DNA of 64,000 nt from Eledone cirrhosa. Taxonomy: Eukaryota. Where the stretch lies: NCBI GenBank assembly GCA_964016885.1, contig OZ024741.1, forward strand, positions 406,968,001-407,032,000. Reading direction: 5' to 3'. The first letter of the stretch is position 1, and each line of letters begins with the position of its first letter. The notes under the pieces are model-generated. The model saw only the letters and a program-made list of their open reading frames with translations, ran no database searches and was not told where the DNA came from. The position numbers and the translations under genes are program-made. Positions 1 through 13,519 of the stretch are shown in pieces.

Positions 1-1801
1 ATGTATATCTACAGTAATGTAGGACTAAGTCTATCAATATGTAATGTATATCTACAGTAATGTAGAACTAAGTCTATCTATCAATATGTAATGTATATCT
101 ACAGTAATGTAGGAGTAAGTCTATCTATCAATATGTAATGTATATCTACAGTAATGTAGGAGTAAGTCTATCTATCAATATGTAATGTATATCTACAGTA
201 ATGTAGGAGTAAGTCTATCTATCTATATGTAATGTATATCTACAGTAATGTAGGAGTAAGTCTATCTATCTATATGTAATGTATATCTACAGTAATGTAG
301 AACTAAGTCTATCTATCAATATGTAATGTATATCTACAGTAATGTAGGACTAAGTCTATCTATCTATATGTAATGTATATCTACAGTAATGTAGGACTAA
401 GTCTATCTATCTATATGTAATGTATATCTACAGTAATGTAGGAGTAAGTCTATCTATCTATATGTAATGTATATCTACAGTAATGTAGAACTTAGTCTAT
501 CTATCAATATGTAATGTATATCTACAGTAATGTAGGAGTAAGTCTATCTATCTATATGTAATGTATATCTACAGTAATGTAGGACTAAGTCTATCTATCT
601 ATATGTAATGTATATCTACAGTAATGTAGGACTAAGTCTATCTATCTATATGTAATGTATATCTACAGTAATGTAGGACTAAGTCTATCTATCTATATGT
701 AATGTATATCTACAGTAATGTAGGACTAAGTCTATCTATATGTAATGTATATCTACAGTAATGTAGGACTAAGTCTATCTATCAATATGTAATGTATATC
801 TACAGTAATGTAGGACTAAGTCTATCTATCAATATGTAATGTATATCTACAGTAATGTAGGACTAAGTCTATCTATCTATATGTAATGTATATCTACAGT
901 AATGTAGGACTAAGTCTATCTATATGTAATGTATATCTACAGTAATGTAGGACTAAGTCTATCTATCAATATGTAATGTATATCTACAGTAATGTAGGAC
1001 TAAGTCTATCTATCAATATGTAATGTATATCTACAGTAATGTAGGACTAAGTCTATCTATCTATATGTAATGTATATCTACAGTAATGTAGGACTAAGTC
1101 TATCTATATGTAATGTATATCTACAGTAATGTAGGACTAAGTCTATCTATCAATATGTAATGTATATCTACAGTAATGTAGAACTAAGTCTATCTATCTA
1201 TATGTAATGTATATCTACAGTAATGTAGAACTAAGTCTATCTATCTATATGTAATGTATAGCTACAGTAATGTAGAACTAAGTCTATCTATCAATATGTA
1301 ATGTATATCTACAGTAATGTAGGACTAAGTCTATCTATCAATATGTAATGTATATCTACAGTAATGTAGGACTAAGTCTATCTATCTATATGTAATGTAT
1401 ATCTACAGTAATGTAGGACTAAGTCTATCTATATGTAATGTATATCTACAGTAATGTAGGACTAAGTCTATCTATCAATATGTAATGTATATCTACAGTA
1501 ATGTAGGACTAAGTCTATCTATCAATATGTAATGTATATCTACAGTAATGTAGGACTAAGTCTATCTATCTATATGTAATGTATATCTACAGTAATGTAG
1601 GACTAAGTCTATCTATATGTAATGTATATCTACAGTAATGTAGGACTAAGTCTATCTATCTATATGTAAGGTATATCTACAGTAATGTAGAACTAAGTCT
1701 ATCTATCTATATGTAATGTATAGCTACAGTAATGTAGGACTAAGTCTATCTATCTATATGTAAGGTATATCTACAGTAATGTAGGACTAAGTCTATCTAT
1801 C
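1..1801. repeat. 47-bp (43-bp variant) tandem satellite, unit ATGTATATCTACAGTAATGTAGGACTAAGTCTATCTATCAATATGTA
   Basis: Highly homogeneous units read directly; the array resumes at 2753..2898 after a LINE insertion. Confidence 0.97.
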
Positions 1802-2752
1802 TCTCTTTACGATGCACACATGTGCTGAGCTCTATCTCAAAATTATAGAATCCACCTCGTCATTCTATAGAGGGCTGGTGGTTAGCAGGTGCGACGACGC
1901 CCTCGGAGAAGCCCTAGGCATGGAGGAAGACGAACTGGCCAACCTGTTTGGTAGGACATTCAGCCCGGGACCCATGGATAACTTCCAGAGGTCCATGGCC
2001 TGGCAATGCTACAGAAGGGCTCTGCCCGTTCGAGAAAGGCTCTACAGATACGGGCGCCCGGGTAGGGACACCTCGAAAAAGATCTGTCCCAGATGCGTGT
2101 GCGACGAGGAAACCGTTGCACACGCATTGGTTCACTGCTCGGGCATTGCCGATCTGTGGGGCTATGTCGAACAACTGCTGTCAAGGGTGGGACCGATCCG
2201 GTTGACCACCGAGTCTATTGTAATGATAAAGCCGCCTCCCCTCTTCAAAAACGAAGAAGAGGCAGTGTTTCATGGCGAAAGAGGTTGTATAGTGGACGCG
2301 TCTGAAAGGACTGAGATCAGACACCTTTCTCTCTGGCCAACAACTGGTCCGTTTCTTCCGATATCATTTCGGAAGAAGGATCAGGATGGAGAGAGAGGTG
2401 CTGCACCCCAGCCGTTTTTATGAAAGATGGGTGAAAGTGGCAAGAATGGCCCGTGTGAATGGGCCTTCACTCTACATCAGACTATAGGTGAGGAAGATGA
2501 AAGACCAAGGGAGCACCCCTTCTCTGTGCTCCCGAGGAAAAGGGTTGCACACTTTTTTTCGGGGGGTGTGTGCAACCCCCCAAGGCGCCTCCTCTCTATT
2601 GAGGACTTTGTTATAAATTTTATTTTTTATTATATTTTATTTTATTTTTATATATTGTTATTTCTTCCTCCTTATTGAGGACGCTTTGTTTTGTAAACTC
2701 CCCCCATTGTACTTGTCCCACTTTTGATGCCCTGGTGGCAAATAAAAGAAAC
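1802..2752 (+). mobile_element. 5'-truncated Tx1/L1-like non-LTR retrotransposon 3' fragment (zf-RVT region plus 3' UTR)
   Basis: ORF 1812..2423 has W..Y..ALPV and CPRC...EETVAHALVHC (zf-RVT-like); frameshift near 2270; ends AATAAAAGAAAC; homologous copy at 9382. Confidence 0.8.
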
Positions 2753-2898
2753 ATATATGTAATGTATAACTACAGTAATGTAGGACTAAGTCTATCAATA
2801 TGTAATGTATATCTACAGTAATGTAGGACTAAGTCTATCTATCTATATGTAATGTATATCTACAGTAATGTAGGACTAAGTCTATCTATCAATATGTA
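2753..2898. repeat. Continuation of the 47-bp satellite
   Basis: Same unit as 1..1801. Confidence 0.95.
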
Positions 2899-3114
2899 AA
2901 TGTAGAAACGCTACATCAACTTAATTTTGCTTTGAATGAATGTGGTTGGATAGAAGAGTTGTGTATTTGTAGTCGGAAGAAATTATATACATACTGGATT
3001 ACATGAGTATATACACACACTGACCAGTGGGTATTCGACCAGTTACAAACATACAATGAGTCGTATAAATGGTAATTAGATGCATATACATCCCATCTGA
3101 AAAAGCAAACTATT

Positions 3115-3315
3115 GGTATATATATATATACATACATTCGTACATACTAACATACTTACATAAATACACACATACATATACACATATATTTATACATACA
3201 TACATGCATGTATATATACATACATGCATATATATATACATACATATATATATATACATACATATATATATATACATACATATATATATATACATACATA
3301 TATATATATACATAC

Positions 3316-3380
<65 letters not shown>

Positions 3381-3511
3381 CATACACATGCATTCATACA
3401 CCTATGCGTGCATACATACATACGTGCATATATTCATACATGCACGCATTGATACTTAATTATACAAAGCTTGCAAAGAGGCTCATCCATTCACAGTCAA
3501 ATGCACATGTT

Positions 3512-3578
<67 letters not shown>

Positions 3579-4765
3579 CCCACACACATACGCACACACA
3601 CACACACATATATATATACTGGTTTATAAGCCAATGTACACCTGAAGCAGTACAATTCCCTTCGTACCAAGTCTTAATAAACACATACATGCAACAGGTC
3701 TTCGAAACCTACATATATAGTAAAACATACACATACACTCTCACACATTTCTACATAAACACTTAAGCACAAACATGCACGCATAAACACACGTAAGCAC
3801 ATATAGGCATACGAAAGCATACAGAAGCAACCATAAGCACCCACAAGCACACACAAGCACACACAAGCACACACAAACACACACAATCACACACAAGCAC
3901 CCACAAGCACATACAAGCATATACAAACACACACAAGCAGACACAAACATACACAAACATACATAAGCACATACAGATGCACACAAACACACACAAACAC
4001 ACAGAAGCACACACAGATACACACAAACACACACAAGCACATACAGATGCACACAAACACACACAAACACACAGAAGCACACACAGAAGTTCACACAGAT
4101 ACACACAAACACACACAAATACCAAGACATGTGAATAGAAAAGATTTGCATATGTAAAACAGACATTTGGAAACGAACAGCTCTGAAAATAATGCACGTG
4201 TCCACGCATACAGCACCACACACACACGCACAGCCCTCCTCTCTACCGTACTCAAACACACGTACAAATACACACACATAGACACTCACACACACACCAC
4301 ACTCCCCAAAACATAGTCACACACACGTAAAAATACACAGACACACAAATGCACAACGCCCCTCCTCATAAACATAGCCACACACACTGGCAGCACCCCC
4401 GCCCCAACGTAGCCACACACGCGCGCCCCCCCCCCCCCCCATCAACGTATCACACACGCCCAAAACGCCTCCCCTCACCTCCCCACCCAACGTAGCACAC
4501 GCACAAAAAACGCCCCCCCCCCCCACAACGTAGCACCTCCCACGTACCCCCCCCCCTCTCACCGTAGCCACACACGTACTATTTCATAAACGTTAAGGAA
4601 ATGACCGTGTAAACATACACACACACCCGAACACACATTGAAGAAAACAGACATATTTTGTGCATGCATTCTTACACACAGGCACAAACAAACACAGATA
4701 CACACACATACATTCACAAACACACACACCACTATATATATATATGTGTGTGTAAATATATATAT
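3115..4765. repeat. Compound microsatellite/minisatellite: (TA)n, (TACA)n, (CA)n, 10-bp CACACAAGCA
   Basis: Direct reading. Confidence 0.9.
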
Positions 4766-5278
4766 AAAGGCTCAATACAGTTGATGACAAACATATGCAG
4801 ACGATAACCTTACAGTTAAATCTATGGCTGACTCATCGACAATGCACTGTAATGGTGAGTCATTCTTATTTTAGAAACCATAAAGTGTATTTTGTCGACC
4901 TTGTATCCCTAATGTTTTTTGCTTTTTCAAACTTAATCCCTTTTCCTTTTAACTGAACCTGTCAAATTAAAAATGACCGCAATAACACCTGACATTTGCT
5001 GGTTGTCTTGCCTACAACAGTTATTTGTCAATACCTTCCATTGGCTGTGATATTGCGTGTTACAACAAATTTATCTCCATAGACCCCTTTAATAGCAACA
5101 GCAATGGGATCACCAAGTACTTAAAATTGCTTCATATCAAAACCGCGTCAAGTCTCTGTCTCAAACAGCATATCTCCTCTCTCTTTCACACACAAACACG
5201 GGTGTGCCTATACATATGTGTGCACACACACACACACATATATATATAATAAATGTAATCTGAGATTTTCGAATATTA

Positions 5279-5390
5279 ATAATTGTTTCTACTTTAGGCA
5301 CAAGGCCAGCAATTACACACTGGTACTTTATTTTAGCGACCCCGTAAGGATGAAAGGCAAAGTCAACCTCGGCGGGATTTGAACTCAGAA
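5279..5390 (-). mobile_element. tRNA-derived SINE family A (Nin/Deu-like core), 3' part
   Basis: Reverse complement of core GCCTTTCATCCTTACGGGGTCG..AAATAAAGTACCAG and tail GTAGAAACAATT. Confidence 0.8.
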
Positions 5391-5621
5391 TATTAATAAT
5401 AATATTCGATTCGTTTGCAATTATGCAAACAAACCTCATTTTTAAAGCAATGTCAGTAGAATGAGCCCCCCCCCCCCTCTTGAACTTGTGTTGGCATGTA
5501 AACAGAACTGCATAATTGCAAACGAATCGAACATTATTATTAAATCTCTGATTACATTTATTGTATTCAGCCAAGTAGAGTGAATTTTTATTTTTTTATT
5601 TTATATATATATATATATATA

Positions 5622-5735
5622 TGAGCGAGACACGGTCACCCGACCAATTTTACCTCAAGTGGGACAACTCCCGTCTAACCCATTCTAGCGTGGAAGATAG
5701 ACATTAAACGATGATGATAATGATGATGATGATGT
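5622..5735 (+). mobile_element. Short retroposon 3' end with (GAT)n tail (RTE-like)
   Basis: Matches the inverted copy at 13889..13999; ends TAAACGATGATGAT. Confidence 0.65.
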
Positions 5736-5962
5736 TGATATATATATATATATATTTCGTTTCTGAATGTGTTTAGCAAGATTCTTTATCTGAAAACGTG
5801 TGTTGAAACCGATATTGTTATACTTTGGGAGGGTCATGTTGCCAATAAGAAACACACGCACCAGATGTTTCACTCCAATTTATTATAAATTAAATTTATA
5901 AATTTAAGAATTTATAAATTTCCGTTTGGTTGGTTCCATAACCGGACGGTTGTTCATATATT

Positions 5963-6005
5963 GTCAAAGTTCTTTCGTCAAACATTCTGTGACCTCTTCA
6001 GTGAC
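5963..6005 (-). ncRNA. Type I hammerhead ribozyme (minimal stem III)
   Basis: Minus strand GTCA-CTGAAGA-gGTCACA..TTTGAC-GAAA-GAAC-TT-TGAC. Confidence 0.7.
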
Positions 6006-6138
6006 TGGGGATTCTTTTCTTTGTTTTTGTGCCTCTCCTTTGTTCTGTCCTACACCATCTGTCCTACGCCATCTGTCCAAACAAGATGGCGTAGGACAGA
6101 ACAAAGGAGAGGCACAAAAACAAAGAAAAGAATCCCCA

Positions 6139-6181
6139 GTCACTAAAGAGGTCACATAATGTGTGACGAAAGAACTTTGAC
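6139..6181 (+). ncRNA. Hammerhead ribozyme, core-mutated (CTAAAGA)
   Basis: Mirror of the 5963 motif with a G5-to-A change. Confidence 0.55.
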
Positions 6182-7751
6182 AATATATGAACAACCGTCC
6201 GGTTATGGAACCAACCAACCGGAAATTTATAAATTCTTAAATTTATAAATTTAATTTATAATAAATTGGAGTGAAAGCATCTGGTGCGTATGTATCTTAT
6301 TGGCAACATGACCCTCCCAAAGCATAACAATATATATATATATGAGAACAATCTGATAACAGGTCGTATCCCAGAAAAAATGGCAGCAGGTTTTGGATAG
6401 ATACTCATCTGTTTCCGGCTTATTTTCCCAGTCGTTAGATTATTTTCTGTAGTCAAATATACCGCCAGAGCTATTATTCCAATTCAATTTTCACATTCCA
6501 ATTCACACTCTCTTCTAATCATGTCCATTTTCGTCTCTGTCCATTTTTGTTATCGTCTAAAAGTGTAAATTATATACAGAGAGTTAGAAAGGAGAGAGAT
6601 AAACCAATATACATAATTTTGTGGGGGGTATGTACATAGTGGGAGCAGCATATTCTAGGGCAGACTTGCCCCTACAGAGAAGCAGTGTCTTTTGAGATTA
6701 TAACACCAAGAAAATAGAATCAACAACATAGTAAAAATATGTGACAAGAGACAGTAATACTAATAAGAGAGACATTAAAATGTTGTGTAACTTCTCTCAG
6801 AAAATTCCCATTTAATCGAAGCCTGTAAACTGATAAACATACATTAAAAACCTATTAGATTATGTCGTAAATTCCGCCAGAATGTAAACAATATATTAAT
6901 TCATGTGATAGACGTCGTTATCAACATTTACTTGTCTTAGAGGGTTTGAACGTTGAAATTTAAAGCAGACTTTAATCTAATGCCGACTACAATTTGGGCA
7001 ACACCTATTGAATTATTATACACAATAAAATAAAAGGTTGTTTATGATGGTAGATTGTGGATTTGTTATTATTTAGTATTATATAAGATAGCTACAATAG
7101 ACACGCGAATAGTTGATGACATATCACTATATGACTATTCTTTATGTCTAAGGACAGACAGCTTCTTTTATTATCTTTAAATTTGGTTGTTGTTGTATAA
7201 AGTTATTAGTTATAACTGATATACTTCATTGTCGTTTATCTCAGAAAGAAACTGTTTTCATAGCTCCTTGCAGCCGAGAGAAAAAGAGATATGGGAGCTT
7301 TATATTAACGTAAAAATCAAATGATTGTAATTGGCATTGAATATATGCAACACAAAGACATAAAACGATAAACAATATATAAAAAGTAAGAAAAAGAAGT
7401 TGAAGTTTGATTCCTAAAGATTATCAATACAACCACCCAGTCTACGACATGATAATTTCATATGAGAACATAAATTTATATATAAATTTTATTTGAATGG
7501 AAAACCCGTTTTGATTGCCAAAAGTTTTCTTTAATGTATTATATTTAATAGATTATAGATATGTTATGTACGATGAAGACATTCAAATTCTCTATTTCGT
7601 TTGTTCATCGATTCTTTGTAATATTGAGACGAGCTGAAACCCTTTATAACAATATACTGTAGTATTTAGAACATCAAACATTTCTAAATAGATACAAGGC
7701 CACAAAAGATGTCGGAGGAATATAATTGATCTCAATAAATGACCTGTATTT

Positions 7752-7969
7752 TACGAGGGTCAGTTGGAAAGGTCATAGCCTTAAAAGTACATAGGCTGAC
7801 CAAGATATTCTCATGGAATGACCAAATGAGGTTTATTTTTCAACATTGCCTCTGGAATGAGACAATGTAGTTATTAATAAGAAGAGTTGAAATTAGTGCA
7901 TACAAGATTTCACAGCCCTAGCACCAATCCGTCATAGTCAGCCTATGAATTTTTCAGCCCAACCTTGTA
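7752..7969. mobile_element. Mariner-type MITE
   Basis: TACGAGGGTCAGTTGGAAAG ... TTTCAGCCCAACCTTGTA imperfect TIRs with TA ends; related copies near 29495, 40415 and 44459. Confidence 0.7.
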
Positions 7970-8235
7970 TTTCATCGATTCAGGAAGGATAAAAGGGATA
8001 GTTGACCACAACAAAATTTGAAGTCAACAAGTAGAGAGACAGCCCCATACCGAAGACATGTCATTTGCTCTATTGATACTGTCAATCTACCGCCCTCGGA
8101 TAAAACATATATTTCTTACATTACACAAAACTAGGGATTTGTTGGAAGGGGACATTGACTATATCAATGTCATTGCTCGACGAGTATTCATTTTTATCGA
8201 CGTTGGAAGAATGAAAAACATAGTTGACCATGAAA

Positions 8236-8368
8236 TAACTGTTTCTACTTTTGGCACAAGGCCTGCAATTAACCCAGTGCATTACTGGTACTTTATTTTA
8301 TCGACCTCGTAAGGATGAAAGGCAAAGTTAACATCGGCGGGATTTGAACTCAGACCATAAAGGGCCAT
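8236..8368 (-). mobile_element. SINE family A
   Basis: Same core and tail as 34947..35143. Confidence 0.8.
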
Positions 8369-8413
8369 GAAGACCAAAATTGTGAAATTATTGAATTGCA
8401 TGAGGATTTAATT

Positions 8414-8902
8414 CAGAGGTGCCCAAAATGGGCTCTACCACCGCCTGGGGCTTGAGAAGGTCCAGGGGGCGATGGGGGTGGTAGAGATGATACAATAGTA
8501 TATTAAATATCAAATGATATATACTATATATAAATATAATAAAATGAAAAATATTTCTTTATACATAGTATATATTATAGTATAAGTAGAGAGTCGGACG
8601 CCATGCTTTCCAGCATAGTTACGTCCCTTTACGGTCTGAGTTCAAATCCCGCCGAGGTTAACTTTGCCTTTCATCCTTACAGGGTCGATAAAATAAAGTA
8701 CCAGTAATGTACTGGGTAGTTGCCGGCCTTGTGCCAAATGTAGAAACAATTGTTTATTATATATAAATTAACGATTTTATTTATTATATATTTTTTACAA
8801 TTTACGTGTAATATAGTTGGGTGGGTGAGAGTGGGGGCACTGAAGTTATTACGTGGTCATGAGGGGTTTGTGGGTTGGGGGCTGGGGGTTGGGTGACCTC
8901 TG
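8414..8902. mobile_element. hAT-type MITE with a nested SINE
   Basis: TIRs CAGAGGTGCCCAA / TTGGGTGACCTCTG; perfect 8-bp TSD ATTTAATT at 8406..8413 and 8903..8910. Confidence 0.8.
8586..8753 (+). mobile_element. SINE family A nested in the hAT MITE
   Basis: B-box GAGTTCAAATCCC, core and tail. Confidence 0.85.
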
Positions 8903-9094
8903 ATTTAATTTATCATGTGCAGAAATTAAGGTTTGATAGTTTAATCTACCAGCCTAAAGATGGAATTTCTTTTAACACGTAAAATCCACACGAAACCGTC
9001 ACTGGTTCTAGGATACAAACCTGTTTATTTTAAAGTGTATTATATATCTAAAAGCCTGCCATCATAATTTTATATCAGAAATTGTCTTAGTTAA

Positions 9095-9279
9095 TAATTA
9101 TTTCTACATTTGGCACAAGGCCAGCACTTACACAGTACATTACTGGTACTTTATTTTATCGACCCCGTAAGGATGAAAGGAAAAGTTAACCTCGGGGGGA
9201 TTTGAACTCAGATCGTAAAGGGAAGTAACTATGGAAAGCATGTCAGACCCTCTACCGATGCTGCTAATTCACCGCCCTT
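9095..9279 (-). mobile_element. SINE family A
   Basis: Near full length on the minus strand. Confidence 0.85.
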
Positions 9280-9299
9280 GTCTTAATTAATAATGCTCT

Positions 9300-10345
9300 G
9301 GTTAGTTATGTTACTAGTTAGTTATATTACTAGTTAGTTATATTACTAGTTAGTTATATTATTGGTTAGTTATATTACTAGAGAGGAGGACGAACTGCCC
9401 AGTCTGTTCGGTAGGACCTTCCGCCCGGGACCAATGGACAACTTCCAAAAGTCCCCGGCCTGACAGTGTTACCGAGGAGCTCTACCAGTTCGGGACAAGC
9501 TCTACAGACACGGAAACCGTCGCACACGCATTTGTACACTGCCCGGGCAATACCGACCTGTGGGGCTATGTAGAACGACTATTGTCGCGGGTGGGACCAA
9601 TCCAGTTGACCACCGAGTCCATTGTCATGATCAAACCGCCACCCTCCTTCAAAAACGAGGGAGAGGCGGTTTTCCTATGTGCTATGGCTATGGTGAAAGA
9701 GGTTATATGGTGGACGAGGTTAAAAGGGCTGAGGTCAGACACCTTTCTCTCCGGCGAGCAACTGATTGGTTGTTTGAAATATCATTTTGGAAGAAGAATC
9801 AGGATGGAGAGAGAGATGCTGTACCCCAGTAAATGTTATAAAAGGTGGGTGAATGTGGCAAAGATGGCCCGAGTGGTTGGGCCTTTTCTCTATATAAGCC
9901 TGTAGGTTGAGGAACAAGAGGAAGGGAGTACTCACTCTTGGTGCTCCTGGAGATGAGGGTTGTACATTTTTTCGGGGTGTGTACAACCCCTGTGTAACAC
10001 CTCCCCCCTATTGGCGTTTTCAATTGTTATTTGTTATTGTATTAATAGTTTTATTTTCATATACCTGTATGTAAACTCCCCATTTGTATTTGTCCCCTTC
10101 TTTTGTGCCCTTGTGGCTAATAAAGAAATTTATATTACTAGTTAGTTATATTACTAGTTAGTTATATTACTACTTAGTTATATTATTGGTTAGTTATATT
10201 ACTAGTTAGTTATATTATTGGTTAGTTATATTACTAGTTATTTATATTACTAGTTAATTATATTACTAGTTAGTTATATTACTAGTTAATTATATTACTA
10301 ATTAGTTATATTACTAGTTAGTTATATTACTAGTTAGTTATAATA
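9300..10345. repeat. 16-bp minisatellite (TAGTTAGTTATATTAC)n, split by a LINE fragment
   Basis: Units at 9300..9381 and 10130..10345. Confidence 0.92.
9382..10129 (+). mobile_element. Second Tx1/L1-like 3' fragment, with internal deletion
   Basis: ORF 9582..9905 SRVGPIQLTTESIVMIKPPP is nearly identical to the 1812 ORF; ends AATAAAGAAA. Confidence 0.8.
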
Positions 10346-10600
10346 CTAAATTCTAGAAAGTTCTTGATTATTTCTAGCATGATTTGAAAAGTAAAGGCAG
10401 TGTTTATCGTTGGAAATATGGTAAGGAAAAGTTTAAAGAAACCTATACTAACCAGATAATTCCACCTAATGAGAATCAGTGAAGTTTTACCTTTAGGCTG
10501 ACACATAATTAGTTGTTGTCCCAGCCCTACAATTACCGATCAAACCACTGACAAATTGTATCCAGCAATGAGCAATCTATTGTTTATAGAATGTTATCTT

Positions 10601-12307
10601 TGTAGTAAGACGCCTCACGCTCCTTGATAGAACAACGCCGGTTGAGAACGCCAGAAAGAAAAGACAGACAGCCACTGGAAAGCCGACTGATCACACGCCA
10701 GAAACCAGCCTCTGTACAACACCATTGTTTGTGCTACATCAAAAAATAAATGTATATCTCATCTCTAATTTCTGCTGTTGAAATAATTATTATGTCACTC
10801 GTATCTCGATAACATCTATAACTAATACTGCTAAAGTGGTGACCGACGTAAGAATTTAACGCAGCCCTTCTTTTTCATTCAGTTGAACTTTTATTGCCAC
10901 ATTGCCGGCCTTTTTTTCGCAACTTGCGAAAATAAAAAATATTCCTTTTAAAATTATCGAAAAATTAGTAGTATTTCAAAAACTTTTTGCTACACTCGAC
11001 AACAACAACGACAGCAGCAGCAGCGACAACATTGTTTAACCACTGACCAAAACAGGGAATAGTGAGTGGCAGCTTCATAGCCTTACCGACGCAAACCACC
11101 ACACATCGGAAATATCAAAACGATTCATTCGTGTCGATAATTTAGAGCAACTTTTTTTTATTCACTTGAATATTTCATTTCCGTTGCCAACTTTTTCGCA
11201 ACTTACAGAAGAAAAAAGAAAAAAGTGTATTTTTCCAAGGTGGCGTTGCGTTCCTTCCCAGTTTTGTAACGGACACATTTTTTGAATTGCGTATGTGTTC
11301 CATGACTGATCAAGAGAGAAGAGACTAAACTTTTTTTGTGAACATAACTGCCCCGCATGGGGATATACATGCCTTACCTTTTTCTAAGGGATTTTTAGCC
11401 ACTGGCTACCTTTGTTGATATCCAACGCGGATATATTTAAAAAAAAAACAAACATTTTTTTCCTCCTCTTTTTTTTTTTTACCTTATTTGATTTGGCTGG
11501 TTCGTTGAAGCAACGCGAGGGGACAGACGTTGAAGGAAAATTTTTTTTAAAAAGATATATATCTGTATTTTATGTATTTTTCATATTTCCTTATGTTTTG
11601 AATGTCTGTTTCTTTTTGCCCTCTAACTTTTTCTCAATATTGGCTGTTCTCTTTTCACTGTACAAGGGTACATTAATTGCTCTTTAGATATATATGTATA
11701 TATTTTTTTATAAAAGTTAACATGAATGTGCCACATTTGCCCGCCTTTACTGGAAAACCTAAGATGTGGTTTGCCCAGTTACAGGCGTATTTTACGGTCT
11801 GTAAGACCGAATCTGACCAGCGCCTCGCTGTACTGATTAGCGGCCTTCCCCCTAATCTAGCAGATTCGGTCCAAGACCTAATTACAGACCCCCACCCCCT
11901 CTGACTTGACGTATGAGTTTTTGAAGGGCGAGATTTTGAGGGGGAATTGTAAGTCGGTAGAGAGTCGTTTTCGGTCACTGATCGAGGACGAACGATTAGG
12001 TGACAGGACCCCTACCGCTTTTCTCCGGCATTTGCGGGATTTGAGCGATTCCCAAGATCAGGATAGCCCTTTCCTGAAGCAATTGTTCTTCTCTCGCCTA
12101 CCTCAAGAGGTACAGGCGATCCTAGCCCATATGCTGGAGGTGAATACTCTGGATCACATTGCTGTCTCTGCTGACAAAATTGTAGAAGTGACGAAGAGAG
12201 ACACTTCGAAGCCAAAGTTCGTTGCTTCCTCTTCTCTTCCTAAATCACGCTCATCAGCGTCTGATGGCAATTTAATCACCACAATGGAAGCCATGACTTT
12301 TACATGA
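10601..12307 (+). mobile_element. Ty3/gypsy (CsRn1-like) 5' remnant: LTR, PBS, leader and gag
   Basis: Putative LTR 10601..10835 (TGTAG start, AATAAA near 10745); PBS-like TGGTGACCGACGT at 10837..10849; frameshifted gag. Confidence 0.7.
11722..12307 (+). pseudogene. Gypsy gag-like protein, frameshifted and truncated
   Basis: LPAF..KPKMWFAQLQAYF, YEFLKGEIL, LGDRTPTAFLRHLR, LFFSRLPQEVQAIL, ADKI motifs. Confidence 0.8.
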
Positions 12308-13519
12308 GAGTGGAATACGAGGCAGATTTCGTTGATAGTTTCTAGTAGGTTAAAAGAATAAATAGAGCCTCTGGTGTTGACTTGAAATCATTAATAATTG
12401 TCGATAAAATAAAGTACCAGTAATGCACTGGCTATATGCTGGAAATGTGCCAAAAGTAAAAACAATCTGTTGTTGTTGTTCTTCTTATTATTATTATTTA
12501 GCACAAAGATAATCAGGATGAAGCGAACCGGTAATTAAATAATGATGTTGGCTATCTCTGTGCTAAGCAAAACATTCAGCTAAGATCCTCCAATAGCGTA
12601 GTTGATGCTGACTGGGGGTGGGTGGAGCCTTCCACTTTGCTCCCATTCCTGATAAAGCATATATTACAATCCAATAAACCAGAAGGACCACCTGGGACAC
12701 ATCAGCTCTTCCTTCCTGTTCGTCGACCATTGAGAAATTCTCTATTATTACGCTGTCCCAACCTACTTTATGCAACGTCTGTCCTTTAGAAGACGATTGT
12801 ATATGATTTGAGGGCGATTTAACTGCTAATTCTGGTCTACCAATACAAGACGTAGATGTTGCTTGATTGACCAAAAAGCATCATTGGTTATCTGATGTGA
12901 TTATTAACACAATGCACTGCTGTAAATAGACGGGAAAAGTTCGTCGTTTGGCTAGCAAGCCGTTAAATAATTTGAACGGTGGACAACATTATTCGGATGG
13001 TACATAATAAATACACCGTGAAAAACACGCTAAAACACCCCCAAAAACATGCGGGAAAATGTTAACCTCAGTTTACAATTATCGATTACTTGTTGGTTTC
13101 ACTGCAAAATCATCTAAAATGGAACTGTATTAGAAACCAGGTCTAAAACAGTGAGACAAACATTTTCACACACACAAATAAATGTGAAATGAAGTTAATA
13201 TTGTTTGTGTGGCTAAAATGATAGCTGTGCGATGACTTTAGTTTCAACACAGAGATTCAGATGAAGTCAGAAGCTAGACAAGTACAACTGCAACACTGAG
13301 AGAAGGAATATATTGAAACAGATCACTGTTTGAAATATTTCAAAGAAATTAAACAGTATTATACTATACGTTTCTTTTCTCTTTCTGTTCCCTTTAATGT
13401 TATGTGAATAAAGTCAGAGAAACGAGGGAAATGTGATCAATAATCTCGCTGTTCACTTACAGTTCGTATGTGATGTGTGTACATATGTCAGTGCGTACAC
13501 AACTGTGTGTGTGTACGTA

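Larger units (their letters stand above)
5755..6331. mobile_element. Asymmetric fold-back element (PLE pLTR-like) with an HHR on each arm
   Basis: ~255-bp near-perfect inverted arms, ~57-bp extension on the left, flanked by (TA)n; paralogue at 61408..61978. Confidence 0.85.

Noticed and set aside
1-1801. CRISPR-like regular array
   Set aside because: Head-to-tail units without unique spacers, in a eukaryotic context
3069-4295. Many YI/HT/CV-repeat ORFs here and across the window
   Set aside because: Translations of (TA)n, (CA)n and (TG)n microsatellites
12563-12940. Possible minus-strand host exon (acceptor-like TTTTCCCGTCTATTTACAG)
   Set aside because: Stops occur in all three frames soon after the AG, and the 103-aa ORF has no recognisable motif
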